From the sequence record MK773491.1: a stretch of 64,000 bases of DNA. One strand, given 5' to 3'. The notes under the pieces were generated by a model. It did no database searches, had not been told where the DNA came from, and was given only the letters and a program-made list of their open reading frames with translations. A program made the position numbers and the translations under genes. Below are positions 10,090 through 20,500 of the stretch, piece after piece (position 1 is the stretch's first letter; every line of letters starts with the position of its first letter).

Positions 10090-11511
10090 ATGGTAGAAAG
10101 AAATAGTGATGTATCGCCTGAAGTACTAAAAGAGTGTATCAACCGTATGATTCTTGCACGTACATCTTTAATGCTAGGCCATCCATTCTTTGGTGTTCTT
10201 GCATCACGCCTACGTCCAGTACCTAATAATACTTGGTGTCGTACAATGGCTGTTGATGGTAAACATCTTTTTTATAATGTAGAATTCGTTATGGGTCTCC
10301 AAGACCAATCCAAGCGTGAAGAATATGCTGCAAAACTACGTGCTGCAATTCCTGATATTACAGATGAACAAGTTGAAAGTTCATTAAATGGCCTAAGTGA
10401 CCAGAACTTAATCGCAGTAATTTGTCACGAAATTTTGCACTGTGCATATGACCATTTCCTACGCCGTGGTAATCGTGATCCTAAAGCATGGAACGTAGCA
10501 GCAGACTATGCAATCAACCAAATTATTGTTCGTGATAAGATTGGACAAATTCAAGATTCATGGCTATTTGATAAGAAGTTCGATGGAATGACAGCAGAAG
10601 AAATCTATGCTATTCTACTAGAAGAAGCCCAAAAAAATAAAGGTGATGGTGAGGGCGATGGTGACGGCGACGGCGACGATGGTCAAGGTCAAGGTCAGGG
10701 CGGTAGTGGCCCCGGTAAAGGTGAATTTCGTGGCACGTTCGGTGGTGGCACCGTAGACCAACATGATATTCCAGATGAGGGCAAAGCTACTGATGCTGAA
10801 GGTAATCCAATTGACGGAGATAAACGCCGTGAGTATATGGAAGACTTCAAAACTGCTATGATGAATGCTGCACGTGCAGGTAATGCACCAGCGGAAATTC
10901 AACGTATGATTAAAGACTTCCAAGAACCAAAAATTGATTGGAGATCTAAGTTACATCGCACACTCCGTTCTTGGATGAAGAGTGATGCATCTTTCACTAA
11001 TCCTAATCGTCGCTCGTGGAGTACTGGTTTTGGTACTACCGGAACGTTCTATGGTAACCCTATTTTCCCCGGACTAAAACCGGACGAGGACATTGATATT
11101 GCAATTGCACTAGATGCTTCCGGCTCTATTTCTGAAGCAATGCTAAAGGACTTTATCGGTGAAGTACTTGGGATTACTAAGCAATTCAAACAATACAAAA
11201 TTCGTATCATGACATTTGATACACAAGTATACACCGTTCGTGATTACAAAACTGGTGAAGAGAAGAAAATTCTCGAATACCCAATTCACGGTGGCGGTGG
11301 TACTGACTTCCTAGCGGTATGGGAGCACATGAAGGAAGATAATTATAAGCCTAAACAGCTAATTATGTTCACTGATGGTGAACCTTGGAATTCATGGGGT
11401 GATCCAGATTATTGTAAAACATTATTTGTGATTCACTCTAACCCACGCAAAGAAGCACCATTTGGTGAAACTGTTCACTATGAATGGGAAGCGAAAAAAG
11501 CTCGTGCATAA
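10090..11511 (+). CDS. Metallopeptidase-like (HExxH) plus VWA domain protein (DUF2201 type), partner of MoxR
   Basis: TMAVDG, HEILH, WNVAADYAIN, Gly/Asp linker, MIDAS DASGS, GGGGTDF, FTDG. Confidence 0.9.
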   Translation: MVERNSDVSPEVLKECINRMILARTSLMLGHPFFGVLASRLRPVPNNTWCRTMAVDGKHLFYNVEFVMGLQDQSKREEYAAKLRAAIPDITDEQVESSLNGLSDQNLIAVICHEILHCAYDHFLRRGNRDPKAWNVAADYAINQIIVRDKIGQIQDSWLFDKKFDGMTAEEIYAILLEEAQKNKGDGEGDGDGDGDDGQGQGQGGSGPGKGEFRGTFGGGTVDQHDIPDEGKATDAEGNPIDGDKRREYMEDFKTAMMNAARAGNAPAEIQRMIKDFQEPKIDWRSKLHRTLRSWMKSDASFTNPNRRSWSTGFGTTGTFYGNPIFPGLKPDEDIDIAIALDASGSISEAMLKDFIGEVLGITKQFKQYKIRIMTFDTQVYTVRDYKTGEEKKILEYPIHGGGGTDFLAVWEHMKEDNYKPKQLIMFTDGEPWNSWGDPDYCKTLFVIHSNPRKEAPFGETVHYEWEAKKARA

Positions 11512-11521
11512 CAAGCTAAAT

Positions 11522-11550
11522 AAAAGGCACAAATGGATGTGCCTTTTTTT
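11522..11550 (+). terminator. Rho-independent terminator after VWA gene
   Basis: AAAAGGCAC-N8-GTGCCTTTT followed by a T tract. Confidence 0.8.
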
Positions 11551-11558
11551 TGTTTTTC

Positions 11559-11589
11559 TTGGGACAAACTGAGAAAAATGTGATATAAT
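11559..11589 (+). promoter_or_regulatory. TTGGGACAAA / TGTGATATAAT promoter (copy 2)
   Basis: Heads the operon that ends in thyA. Confidence 0.85.
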
Positions 11590-11629
11590 AAGATGTAAGA
11601 CAAATATAATACATGGAGTGTATAAAATT

Positions 11630-11884
11630 ATGAGTACTGAAAACCAAAACGCAATTTCTATCGATATCGTTGATATTATCAATGCAGCGAAAATTATGGA
11701 ACAAGCAGTTAAAAACAACGCATTCAGTGTTGAAGAACTAGTGGAAGTTTCCCCTGTGGTTGCTCGCTTCATCACCGTTGCAAACCAACTAATTGAACAA
11801 CACAATGCAGCAGTTGAAGCAGCAGAAGCGGCTGAAGCTGGTGACACAGAAGGTGAAGTACCATCTGAAAGTAAAGGGGAGTAA
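11630..11884 (+). CDS. Hypothetical protein
   Basis: GGAG RBS favours the ATG at 11630. CTA-biased codons. Confidence 0.75.
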   Translation: MSTENQNAISIDIVDIINAAKIMEQAVKNNAFSVEELVEVSPVVARFITVANQLIEQHNAAVEAAEAAEAGDTEGEVPSESKGE

Positions 11885-11889
11885 TCAAT

Positions 11890-12534
11890 ATGGCTATTAC
11901 TCGACATTGTGGTGTAGTACGTAGTACTGGTTCTCGTGTTTTTGTTGTTTGGCGTCAGCTACCAGATGAGCCTAAAAGCTGTTTGGTAATTTATCAAGAC
12001 TCACTTCCAGAACAATATGCTAATTTCGTTATCGATCTCGTCATGGGGCGTGGACAATCATCTCTAGACCTATGGGACGTAATGGATAAAGTTGGTGTTC
12101 TAGATGGTCGTAAAATGTTAGATGTACTACACCGACTAGGTTATCTACGTCGCATTGATACTAGCAACGTTGATATGCATATTGGCAATGGTGCTAAAAT
12201 TGCCCTAGATCTACTAAACGAACAGCTAGAAGCACAAACTCAACATACTGATGGTAAAGTAAAAGAATTCAATCCTTGGGACGATAAGCAAACAGAATTC
12301 CAAGAAGTAGGTGGGATTGTTTCAAAATTACTTTCCGAAGCAGCACAGTATGAACAACTAGCAAAAGAAACTTATGAACGTGCTTATAGTTTGGAACCTT
12401 CACTTCGTCCACAAGCACAAGTACAGGAATCAATTGAAACAAGTGATCTAGTACTAACCATTCCTGAAGGTACATCCCAAACTAAAGCAATTGAGCTTCT
12501 AAAGAAAGCATTAAAAGAACGTAGTGAAAAATAA
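11890..12534 (+). CDS. Hypothetical protein
   Basis: 214 aa, GGGGAG RBS. Confidence 0.8.
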   Translation: MAITRHCGVVRSTGSRVFVVWRQLPDEPKSCLVIYQDSLPEQYANFVIDLVMGRGQSSLDLWDVMDKVGVLDGRKMLDVLHRLGYLRRIDTSNVDMHIGNGAKIALDLLNEQLEAQTQHTDGKVKEFNPWDDKQTEFQEVGGIVSKLLSEAAQYEQLAKETYERAYSLEPSLRPQAQVQESIETSDLVLTIPEGTSQTKAIELLKKALKERSEK

Positions 12535-12844
12535 GATATCAAGAGACGAAATTGTTAACATGATATTGGCTGAAAGGCAAAATCAGGTAGAGTCACCAAC
12601 GACTCTATCTGATTCAATGAAAACCAAAAATGATTGGACTGCACTAGCTGCTTACTATCTTTTTGAATCTGCTTCTCGTCCAGATAAACATGTAACTTTC
12701 AAAGAATTTCGGGAATCTCTTATTAAGGCATCTGCTGTTCTACTAGCTGCACTAGAAACTAGCTTCTCACTGGAAGATGAGAAATTACAAGATTTACTTA
12801 ATAAATTGGATTCTAATGATGACAATAACGGAACTAGCAAATAG
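12524..12844 (+). CDS. Hypothetical protein
   Basis: 106 aa, GTG start overlapping the upstream gene. Confidence 0.7.
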   Translation: MKNKISRDEIVNMILAERQNQVESPTTLSDSMKTKNDWTALAAYYLFESASRPDKHVTFKEFRESLIKASAVLLAALETSFSLEDEKLQDLLNKLDSNDDNNGTSK

Positions 12845-13406
12845 TATTGCTGGATTCCAAAACGTATGTTATAGTGGCGGGGCAGCAGGTGCTGACCGCC
12901 TTTTTGGTTTGTGGGCTGCATTAAATGATCATGAACAAATTCATTTTTCATTTGCAAAACATAAGTATCATGTTGACTGTAATACGGTTTTGGATATACC
13001 ACAATATATATTATCTGATATATCAATACAAGAAAGATTGCATACTGCAAACAAGAAACTAAAACGTAAAGTTCCACCTACTGGAAATTATGTTTATAAC
13101 TTACTTGCTCGCAACTACTTTCAAATAATCAAGTCTGAACGAGTTTACTGTTTAGCAAAAATTACTTCACCTGATGAAATAGATGGTGGAACTGCATGGG
13201 CTGTGCAAATGTTCATTGACTCATGTGAAAACCCTGAAATATATGTCTATAATCTATTAGACAACAAACCCTATGTTTACGATTGTAGTACTAAAACATT
13301 TAAAGAAGTACTAGAAGTCCCGACACCACATGGTAGATGGACAGGTATTGGTTCTAGAAGTGCGACTAAACTAGATATGGATAGTTTTACTCAGTACTTC
13401 AAGTGA
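12816..13406 (+). CDS. SLOG-superfamily (YspA/DprA-like Rossmann) protein
   Basis: SGGAAGAD, LLARN, GGTAWAVQM and WTGIGSR motifs. Start uncertain (12777, 12816 or 12819). Confidence 0.65.
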   Translation: MMTITELANSIAGFQNVCYSGGAAGADRLFGLWAALNDHEQIHFSFAKHKYHVDCNTVLDIPQYILSDISIQERLHTANKKLKRKVPPTGNYVYNLLARNYFQIIKSERVYCLAKITSPDEIDGGTAWAVQMFIDSCENPEIYVYNLLDNKPYVYDCSTKTFKEVLEVPTPHGRWTGIGSRSATKLDMDSFTQYFK

Positions 13407-13714
13407 GGTATAATATGAGTGATGAATACAATGACGGTTATAATGACGGTTATGACGCCGCCAGAAACGAATGCTATAAAGATGCGTTCGAAGAAGGAAA
13501 AGATACTGGTCATTCTGAAGGTTACGATGAAGGTCTTGAGGACGGAAAAGAAGAAGTACGTAATGAATTAACCGCCCAAATTGATGATCTTCTATATAAT
13601 TTTAGAGATAAATTACAAGAATACCGTTTTACCATTAAAACGTTGATGGAAGAAAATAGAAAGCTAAGGAAAGAGAATGCAACAATTACACGATCTATAC
13701 AAAAAAGTACTTGA
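13403..13714 (+). CDS. Hypothetical protein with GYxxG repeats and a coiled coil
   Basis: YNDGYNDGYD...EEG...EGYDEG repeats, C-terminal heptads. Start may be 13415. Confidence 0.65.
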   Translation: MRYNMSDEYNDGYNDGYDAARNECYKDAFEEGKDTGHSEGYDEGLEDGKEEVRNELTAQIDDLLYNFRDKLQEYRFTIKTLMEENRKLRKENATITRSIQKST

Positions 13715-14609
13715 AACTGGTAGCTATAGTGAAGATCGAACTGGAACTGGCACAATTAAACTAATTGGTCAACAGATGCGATTCAATCTACAAGACGGTT
13801 TTCCTGCGACGACCACAAAACGTCTAGCATGGAAAGCTATGTCATCGGAACTACTTTGGTTCTTAGAAGGTTCCCAAGATGAACGTCGGCTATGTGAAAT
13901 TCTACATGGAACACGCGATCCTGAAAAACGCACAATTTGGACAGATAACTTTGAAAACCAAGGTCGTGCATTAGGTTACATAGATGGTAATCTAGGGCCA
14001 GTCTATGGTAAACAATGGCGTGAATGGGAAGATGTTATTATTCTACCCGGAATTTACAACGAAGTTACTAGACATACTGATATGGGATATTCTTTAGTAG
14101 AACGTACTATTAGTGGTATGTATGTAATGAAACGTGTAATTGATCAAATTGAAGTACTAATTGATGGATTAAAAAATGATCCATATGGTCGTCGCCACAT
14201 TCTATCCGCATGGAATGTTGGTGAACTTGATAAAATGGCTCTACCCCCATGCCATAGTTTCTCTCAATTCTTTGTGGTTGATGGAAAACTATCTTGTACT
14301 TTATACCAAAGATCATCAGATCTATTCCTAGGAGTGCCATTTAATATCGCAAGCTATTCTCTATTAACTCACATGCTAGCACAAGTTTGTGATCTAGAAG
14401 TAGGTGAATTTGTTTGGATGGGTGGTGATTGTCACATCTATCAAAATCATGTAGAACAAGTTAAAGAGCAACTTTCTCGTACACCTAAAGAACTACCGAC
14501 GCTATGGATGGATAAATCAATCACTGATATTGATTCGTTTACTATGAGTTCATTCAAATTGGAAAATTACAACCCTGATGCTATTATCAAAGCACCAATG
14601 GCTGTATAA
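13677..14609 (+). CDS. thyA: Thymidylate synthase
   Basis: DRTGTGT, ELLWFL, LGPVYGKQWR, RRHILSAWN, MALPPCH, YQRSSDLFLGVPFNIASY, DCHIYQNH. No intron. Confidence 0.98.
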   Translation: MQQLHDLYKKVLETGSYSEDRTGTGTIKLIGQQMRFNLQDGFPATTTKRLAWKAMSSELLWFLEGSQDERRLCEILHGTRDPEKRTIWTDNFENQGRALGYIDGNLGPVYGKQWREWEDVIILPGIYNEVTRHTDMGYSLVERTISGMYVMKRVIDQIEVLIDGLKNDPYGRRHILSAWNVGELDKMALPPCHSFSQFFVVDGKLSCTLYQRSSDLFLGVPFNIASYSLLTHMLAQVCDLEVGEFVWMGGDCHIYQNHVEQVKEQLSRTPKELPTLWMDKSITDIDSFTMSSFKLENYNPDAIIKAPMAV

Positions 14610-14613
14610 AAAG

Positions 14614-14642
14614 AAAAAAAGGAGCCAAACGGCTCCTTTTTT
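14614..14642. terminator. Bidirectional terminator between thyA and a fibre gene
   Basis: A-tract GGAGCC-AAAC-GGCTCC T-tract between convergent genes. Confidence 0.85.
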
Positions 14643-14643
14643 A

Positions 14644-16596
14644 TTATCTGTATGTGATGATTAATCGTCCCTCGAAACGCCAATCTGGTGTTCTAGGGAT
14701 TGAAACCGTTGCACTTGCAGTTCCAATAGATATACTATCAACTTCAACTTGACTATAATTGCTTCCATTAAGTTCTTGTACTTGAATACTTTGAATATTA
14801 GCATTAGGTACGGTAATAGTATAATAATTACCATTTTCCACCCATGTAGAGGTTGTAAATGCTTGTTCAACCCCACCACCACTAACTGTAGTCCATGCAC
14901 CATTTGATTTCTGCATTACTGTATTACGTTGAGTACTATAAGCGATCATGCCATCTTCACCGACTGCATTATCTACTGGATTAAGAATTGGTAGTTTAAC
15001 ACCGTACTGATTGAATTTCGTCCTTACCGTATCACCATCATTAATAGTAACGTCAGCCTTATTTGTTGGGTTAATATTAAGTACAGTTTCAGTTTGTGTA
15101 ATGACAGTTGGTGATGTATTATTTTCAAATGTAAATGTACCAGCATTCATTAAAGAAATATTTTTTAATCTATTACTGGTTCCGTTAAACGTTGTATTTG
15201 CTTGAAAAGTACTAACAGAATTTATAGTTAATGTATTGGACGCATTTGTACCAATAATAACATTACCTTTTAAGTTGGTATTTTTCTCAACAACTAAATC
15301 ACCACCAATAGTAATAGTTCCGTCGATGTTCACTGCACCGTGGAATAAACTTAAAGAATCTTTAAATTCAACTTGGTTTTTAGATTTAACACTAAAAGTA
15401 ATCGTATCATTAATACCAGTAATTCCCGGATTAGAAGTATTACCAGCACCTTGGAATTGAAATGCTGGATTATTAGATGGATTTACATTAGTGGCTTCTA
15501 GAATAGTTAAACCTATATCATTAATACGTACTTTTTCTGTACCATTACTACTAAAACCAATACTTCCTGCCGCTTGGCGGAAAATACCAGTCTTTGAATC
15601 AGTCCATTCGCTTGGAATCATCCCGCTATTTAAATCAGGATCACTATTACCATCATTAAACGCAATAGACGGGGCTGTGGCGGTTCCGTATGTGATACCT
15701 AACCGACCTGAACCCACCGATCCATCGTTGGTCATGGAGTCTCCTGTGCGACGTAGACCATATATAATCATGTTATCAATGACTGCTTGTGTTGATGCTG
15801 AGTTAGTAATGAATGGACGCTTTACAGAACGCATTACTGTACTATCAAATGATACAGAAGATGCCATAATACTAACGCGACTTTGACGTAGACGTTGAAT
15901 ACTAGTTGAAGTATAAATTACCCAATCTGAATCGGATAGAGCTAATTCTGCTGAAGGATCATTGTTGTTATTAAATGCAGTAGTTAAATTTACATCACCA
16001 TTAGCTAGTGCTAAAATGCCAGCATGTCCAGTACTAGGAATACTTGCAGTGATAAATCTGGCAAATGCATATGTTACTACAGTGTTTGTACCGGTACTTG
16101 GATCTTTGCCGATATAGTACTTAATTTGTATCCAATTCCCACCTGCATTAGTTTGCGTAAAGATAACAAATGGTGCAGTTGTTGGGTTTTCTGCAAGGTG
16201 TTTAGATGCGTAATCTTGTATTGATCTAACAATAAAGTACTGACCACTTAAAGAACTTGCAGGGGCTGGTAACGCTGCGTAAGTAAATGGTGGATCGATA
16301 TCATCCTGTATAGGGTCAAAAGTTCCTTTATATACCATTCCACTAGTAACTGATTCGGGAAGTTGGGATACTAATAGACGACCATTATCATCTAAATTAG
16401 CAAAGCGGCGATATGCAACTGTGCCATCGTCGAAATCTATGACACCTTCAAACGCTTTCCAACCTTTATTATAGCGAATCATACCACTACGAATAGCATC
16501 TTGTGTAGATTTTGTTTGTGCTTTTGGTAATTCAAGATATGCATTACTATCAATAATTACACCATTGGCACCTTTTATTCTTTGTATACTAGTCAT
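14644..16596 (-). CDS. Virion structural / tail fibre protein
   Basis: GMIRYN...FEG and GTATAPSIAF..D..TGIFR.AAGSIGFSSNGTEKVRI fibre-type motifs. Has a late promoter. Confidence 0.7.
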   Translation of the reverse strand: MTSIQRIKGANGVIIDSNAYLELPKAQTKSTQDAIRSGMIRYNKGWKAFEGVIDFDDGTVAYRRFANLDDNGRLLVSQLPESVTSGMVYKGTFDPIQDDIDPPFTYAALPAPASSLSGQYFIVRSIQDYASKHLAENPTTAPFVIFTQTNAGGNWIQIKYYIGKDPSTGTNTVVTYAFARFITASIPSTGHAGILALANGDVNLTTAFNNNNDPSAELALSDSDWVIYTSTSIQRLRQSRVSIMASSVSFDSTVMRSVKRPFITNSASTQAVIDNMIIYGLRRTGDSMTNDGSVGSGRLGITYGTATAPSIAFNDGNSDPDLNSGMIPSEWTDSKTGIFRQAAGSIGFSSNGTEKVRINDIGLTILEATNVNPSNNPAFQFQGAGNTSNPGITGINDTITFSVKSKNQVEFKDSLSLFHGAVNIDGTITIGGDLVVEKNTNLKGNVIIGTNASNTLTINSVSTFQANTTFNGTSNRLKNISLMNAGTFTFENNTSPTVITQTETVLNINPTNKADVTINDGDTVRTKFNQYGVKLPILNPVDNAVGEDGMIAYSTQRNTVMQKSNGAWTTVSGGGVEQAFTTSTWVENGNYYTITVPNANIQSIQVQELNGSNYSQVEVDSISIGTASATVSIPRTPDWRFEGRLIITYR

Positions 16597-16627
16597 TAAA
16601 AATTCCTCGGAATATGCTCATATTACT

Positions 16628-16633
16628 TATTTA
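16628..16633 (-). promoter_or_regulatory. Late promoter (TAAATA)
   Basis: TAAATA on the minus strand between the terminator and the GAGGA RBS of the 650-aa gene. Confidence 0.6.
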
Positions 16634-16643
16634 CCCAATTTAT

Positions 16644-16676
16644 AAAAAAATAAAAGCCGACAATTTATGTCGGCTT
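16644..16676 (-). terminator. Rho-independent terminator
   Basis: AAGCCGACA-N5-TGTCGGCTT stem followed by a T tract on the minus strand. Confidence 0.8.
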
Positions 16677-16683
16677 AATTAAG

Positions 16684-16800
16684 TTAACATGCACGTTTTG
16701 TAGTCGTACCAACTAATAAAGTAACACCAAATGGAAAACTATTTAGTTCATTAGATGTAATATCCCCATGAACCGTTACATCTGTCATAAAAGTATACAT
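16684..16800 (-). CDS. Unannotated 38-aa mini-ORF (MYTFMTDVTVHGDITSNELNSFPFGVTLLVGTTTKRAC)
   Basis: AAGGA RBS 7 nt upstream. Fills the gap between two terminators. Its N-terminus resembles that of the 1560-aa fibre. Confidence 0.55.
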   Translation of the reverse strand: MYTFMTDVTVHGDITSNELNSFPFGVTLLVGTTTKRAC

Positions 16801-16812
16801 ATAGTTTTCCTT

Positions 16813-16839
16813 AAAAAAAAGTCGGCTATTACGCCGACT
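16813..16839 (-). terminator. Rho-independent terminator after the fibre chaperone gene
   Basis: AGTCGGC-N6-GCCGACT stem followed by a T tract on the minus strand. Confidence 0.8.
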
Positions 16840-16847
16840 GTTATAAA

Positions 16848-17480
16848 TTATAGTTGGTGTTCATCCCACACCGCAGCAGAACGAATTGAGTCGTAATCAT
16901 TTGCGGCATTGATTGCATCAATTATCTCAGCTTCTTTATCAAATAATCCATCACGATAAGCAGCGATTGAAAGATAAAGTTCTTTAAGCTCCAACATCGA
17001 CATATTTACATCTTCACCATTTGGCAATCGAATTGAAACAATTTCAATGGTTTGGTCTAATAGTGATTCAATAATATATCCATGTAGTTCACATCGCCCA
17101 TCATGAGAAATATCAAATACATGCTCACCGTGTTTATATTCACCGTTTGCAAGTTGACTTCGATAGGATCGAACACGATTTTTCATCTCTTCACGAATAA
17201 CGTCCAAATCCATTAATTTGTATGTATAAGTATTAGTCACTTTACCTTCAACATCATCAAACTTAACCTCTTTGGTGTCAAATTCGCGAAATTCGCCAGT
17301 ACCAATATATACATCTTCCGATAACCAAAATCCATGTTCTAGACGCCCGGAGGCGTCTAGATAAGAAATATTCCCAATAGTCACTTGAGTAATGGGACTA
17401 CGTTGGTTATATAGGCTAGTAAGATATTTAACAACTTCATACTGACCTTGTTCGTTTTTAATTACAGCTACATAAGCCAT
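16848..17480 (-). CDS. Tail fibre assembly chaperone-like protein (DUF4376-like C-terminus)
   Basis: Directly downstream of the long fibre. C-terminal pattern ...AYRDGLFDKEAEIIDAINAA..Y..I....W. Confidence 0.6.
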   Translation of the reverse strand: MAYVAVIKNEQGQYEVVKYLTSLYNQRSPITQVTIGNISYLDASGRLEHGFWLSEDVYIGTGEFREFDTKEVKFDDVEGKVTNTYTYKLMDLDVIREEMKNRVRSYRSQLANGEYKHGEHVFDISHDGRCELHGYIIESLLDQTIEIVSIRLPNGEDVNMSMLELKELYLSIAAYRDGLFDKEAEIIDAINAANDYDSIRSAAVWDEHQL

Positions 17481-17506
17481 TGATTTATTCCTCTTCTTGT
17501 GTTATA

Positions 17507-20500
17507 TTATAGATTACGTTGTGCAATGAACACATCGAGTTTATCACCAACACCACTGTAAACTACTTGACAGATGGATACGGAGTTTGCTGCTTCGTTG
17601 ATTTTAGAATCACCAATTAGACCAAACGGTGGAACCCAATTTATTGTGCAACCGCCCGCTGCTGGCTGAGTAACATAAATGAACCAAGAACCAGCATATC
17701 CTTGACGATATGGGAATGTTGGAATATCCAATGTTGGTTCAGATAAAGTAATGTTATACACGTTACTAGAACCATCAGGTGTCCATGTTGCACCAACAAC
17801 TTCAGACGCTGCGGCTTTAACTTCGTATTTGCTAGTTGTTACAGAACTTGTTACTAGATCAGCAATATCAGTATTTAGAGTACCAGTAATGGTTACATCC
17901 TTAGCAGTAATAGAACCAGTACTTTCAAGATCTACAAACGTTGCTTTACCAGTAAATCCACTTTCACCACTTACAGTTAGTGAACTAATGGTAGTTGCAG
18001 CTAATGTAGTTTCACCAGTAACGCCTAAAGTACCACCAACAGTAGTATCACCAGTAACACCAAGTGAAGTAGTTACTTTGGCAGAATCTAGTGTTGCTAG
18101 ACCTGTGGTAGTAATAGTATCTGAGGTTGTACCACCTGTTACACTAACACCAGCAGAAGCAGTCACTTTACCACCAAATGAAGATGTAGAAGTAATTTCA
18201 GCAGTTGCGGCTTTAACAAAAGTAGAAGCAGTAACAGACTTAGCAACAACGTCAGATGTTGATTGGTCTAGTGTACCGATAATTTTACCTTGTACTGTGA
18301 AGTCACCAGTACATACAGTATTACCATTAATTTGTAGGTTGTTATTCACAGAACCAACATCACCAATGATAGCAGATGCCATAGTACTTTGACCGATAAC
18401 ATTTAAAGTTGTACCAACAGTTACATCAGCAGATGTTGTAACCTGACGTGGTGCAATAGAACGACCAGTTAAGTCAAGGTCAGCAGTGATTAAACCATCA
18501 ACATCGATATTACCACTAATATGGACGTCACCGCCAATTTCAGCAATATATTTCGCTTCATCCCAAGTTAGAGTACCAACATGTAGATTGTCAGTTTTAG
18601 TTTTCTTCAATGTGGTGTTTGCACCGTTTACTGTTAAGTTATCAGTTAGAGTAGTAGTACCCGTAACAGTTAAGTTATTACCAACAGAAACATCACTTAG
18701 TTTACTTTCACCAGAAACATTTAAAGTTCCAGTAATAGAATGATTACCTGAGTTAACACCAGCTAGTGTACTTAGACCTGTAACATTTAAGGTTGAGCCA
18801 ACAGATGCACCAGCAGCTAGTGTAATACTATTTGCTTCAATATCTGCACCAGTTAGGTCTAAACCACCTTGAGGTAGTAGGATACCTTCAATTGTTAGAT
18901 TTCCCTTAACTACCGCGTTTGTTGCAATTTCCGCAGAATTAAGAGTTGCTTTACCAGTTGTGCTTAGTGTACCCGCAGTTGCTGAAGTAGCTGATAGATC
19001 AGCAAGTGTAGTTGCACCAGATACATTTAATGTAGTAGTTACAGTTGCAGAATTTAGAGTACTAGAACCAGCATTTAAACCAGCAAGTGTAGTTGCACCA
19101 GTTACATTTAATGTGCCACTAATTTTTGGAGAACCAGTAATAATTCCAGTTGTTAGTACTAGATCTGCACCAACTGTAGTATTCCCGGTACTTGCTAGAG
19201 ATGCAGCCTGTAGATTAGTTGCACTTAGATCGAATTGACCATCAACGGTTAAATCACCAGCAACGTGTGCATTACCTAGAGAATCTAGAGATTTAACAGA
19301 TACATCAGTTGTACTTAAATCAATAACACCAGCAGTTAATGTACCAGACACGGCTAGATCGCCAGTTACTGAAGTATTTTTATCAATTGCAACAGTACTA
19401 TTAGTTGATGTAATATTACCATTGATTGTTGCATCACCAGTTACAGTTGCAGATTCTAACACACTTGCACCAGCAGTGAGACCAGCAAGAGTGGTATTAC
19501 CAGTTGCAGTTAATGTTCCAACTTTAGAAGTTGTTGCATTCAAATCTGTGACAGTTGCATTTGCAATTGTTGCAGTAGTTGAAGATAATACAGGGAATGT
19601 ATTAGTCTTAACAGTATCAGATGCAGTGAAACTAATAGCTGTTACATCAGCACCAGTTAAGTCAACTGTTCCACCGACTGATAGGTTACCGTCGAATGAT
19701 GCGTTTTCAGTTGTATGAATTGATTTTGCTTCAATATCTACAGAACTTAAATCAAGAGCACCAGCTAAAACTAGAGTACCATTAACAGTTAGATCACCAG
19801 AAGCGGTAGTATTGTTTGATAATGTAATACCATCAGCATTTGTAATAGTTGCAGTCTGAACTGAACCAGCAGTAACTTTACCACTTGCAGATAGATCTTT
19901 AACAACTGATTGACCAGTTACGGTAAGGTCTGTTGCATCAATTTCGGTTGCAGTTATTGTATTAGAGTTTAATACAGGTAGTTTGCTAGCATTAACCAAA
20001 TCAGTTGAAGTTACAATACCCGGAGTAGTTAAGGATTTAACACTAACATCAGCAGAAGATAAATCTACAGTACCAGTAACAACTAAATCGCCACCGATAT
20101 TTGCATTACCAGTAGTAGTAATAGATTGTGATGCAATATCAGTTTGTGATAGATCAAGATTACCCGGAATGAGAGTTCCAGTTACTGTTAGATCACCAAC
20201 AGTTGTTTTACCAGTTACATTTAAAGTACCACCGATTGTTGCGTTATTTGTAACGTCTAGTGCTACATCAGAACCAGTAAATTGTGCAGACGGTGCAGAA
20301 ATGTTACCAGTTGCTGTAATAGTACCAGCGGAATTTAGTTTATTAACTTGAACCGCAGCCCCAGCATCACCACTAATAGTACCTTTTACTGTCACGTCTT
20401 GTAATGTACTTGCACCGGAAACTTCTAGTGTTGCTGATTTAACATAGGTAGTAGAAGTTACAGAATTAGGAGCAATATCTAGACCATCTACGTTAGCTTC

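Noticed and set aside
10640-10720. GGTGAT/GGCGAC/GGTCAA short repeats
   Set aside because: They encode the Gly/Asp/Gln linker typical of this VWA-partner family and are not a DNA-level repeat element.
13428-13460. AATGACGGTTAT tandem repeat
   Set aside because: It encodes YNDG-YNDG in a GYxxG-repeat protein and is too short for a CRISPR array or iteron.
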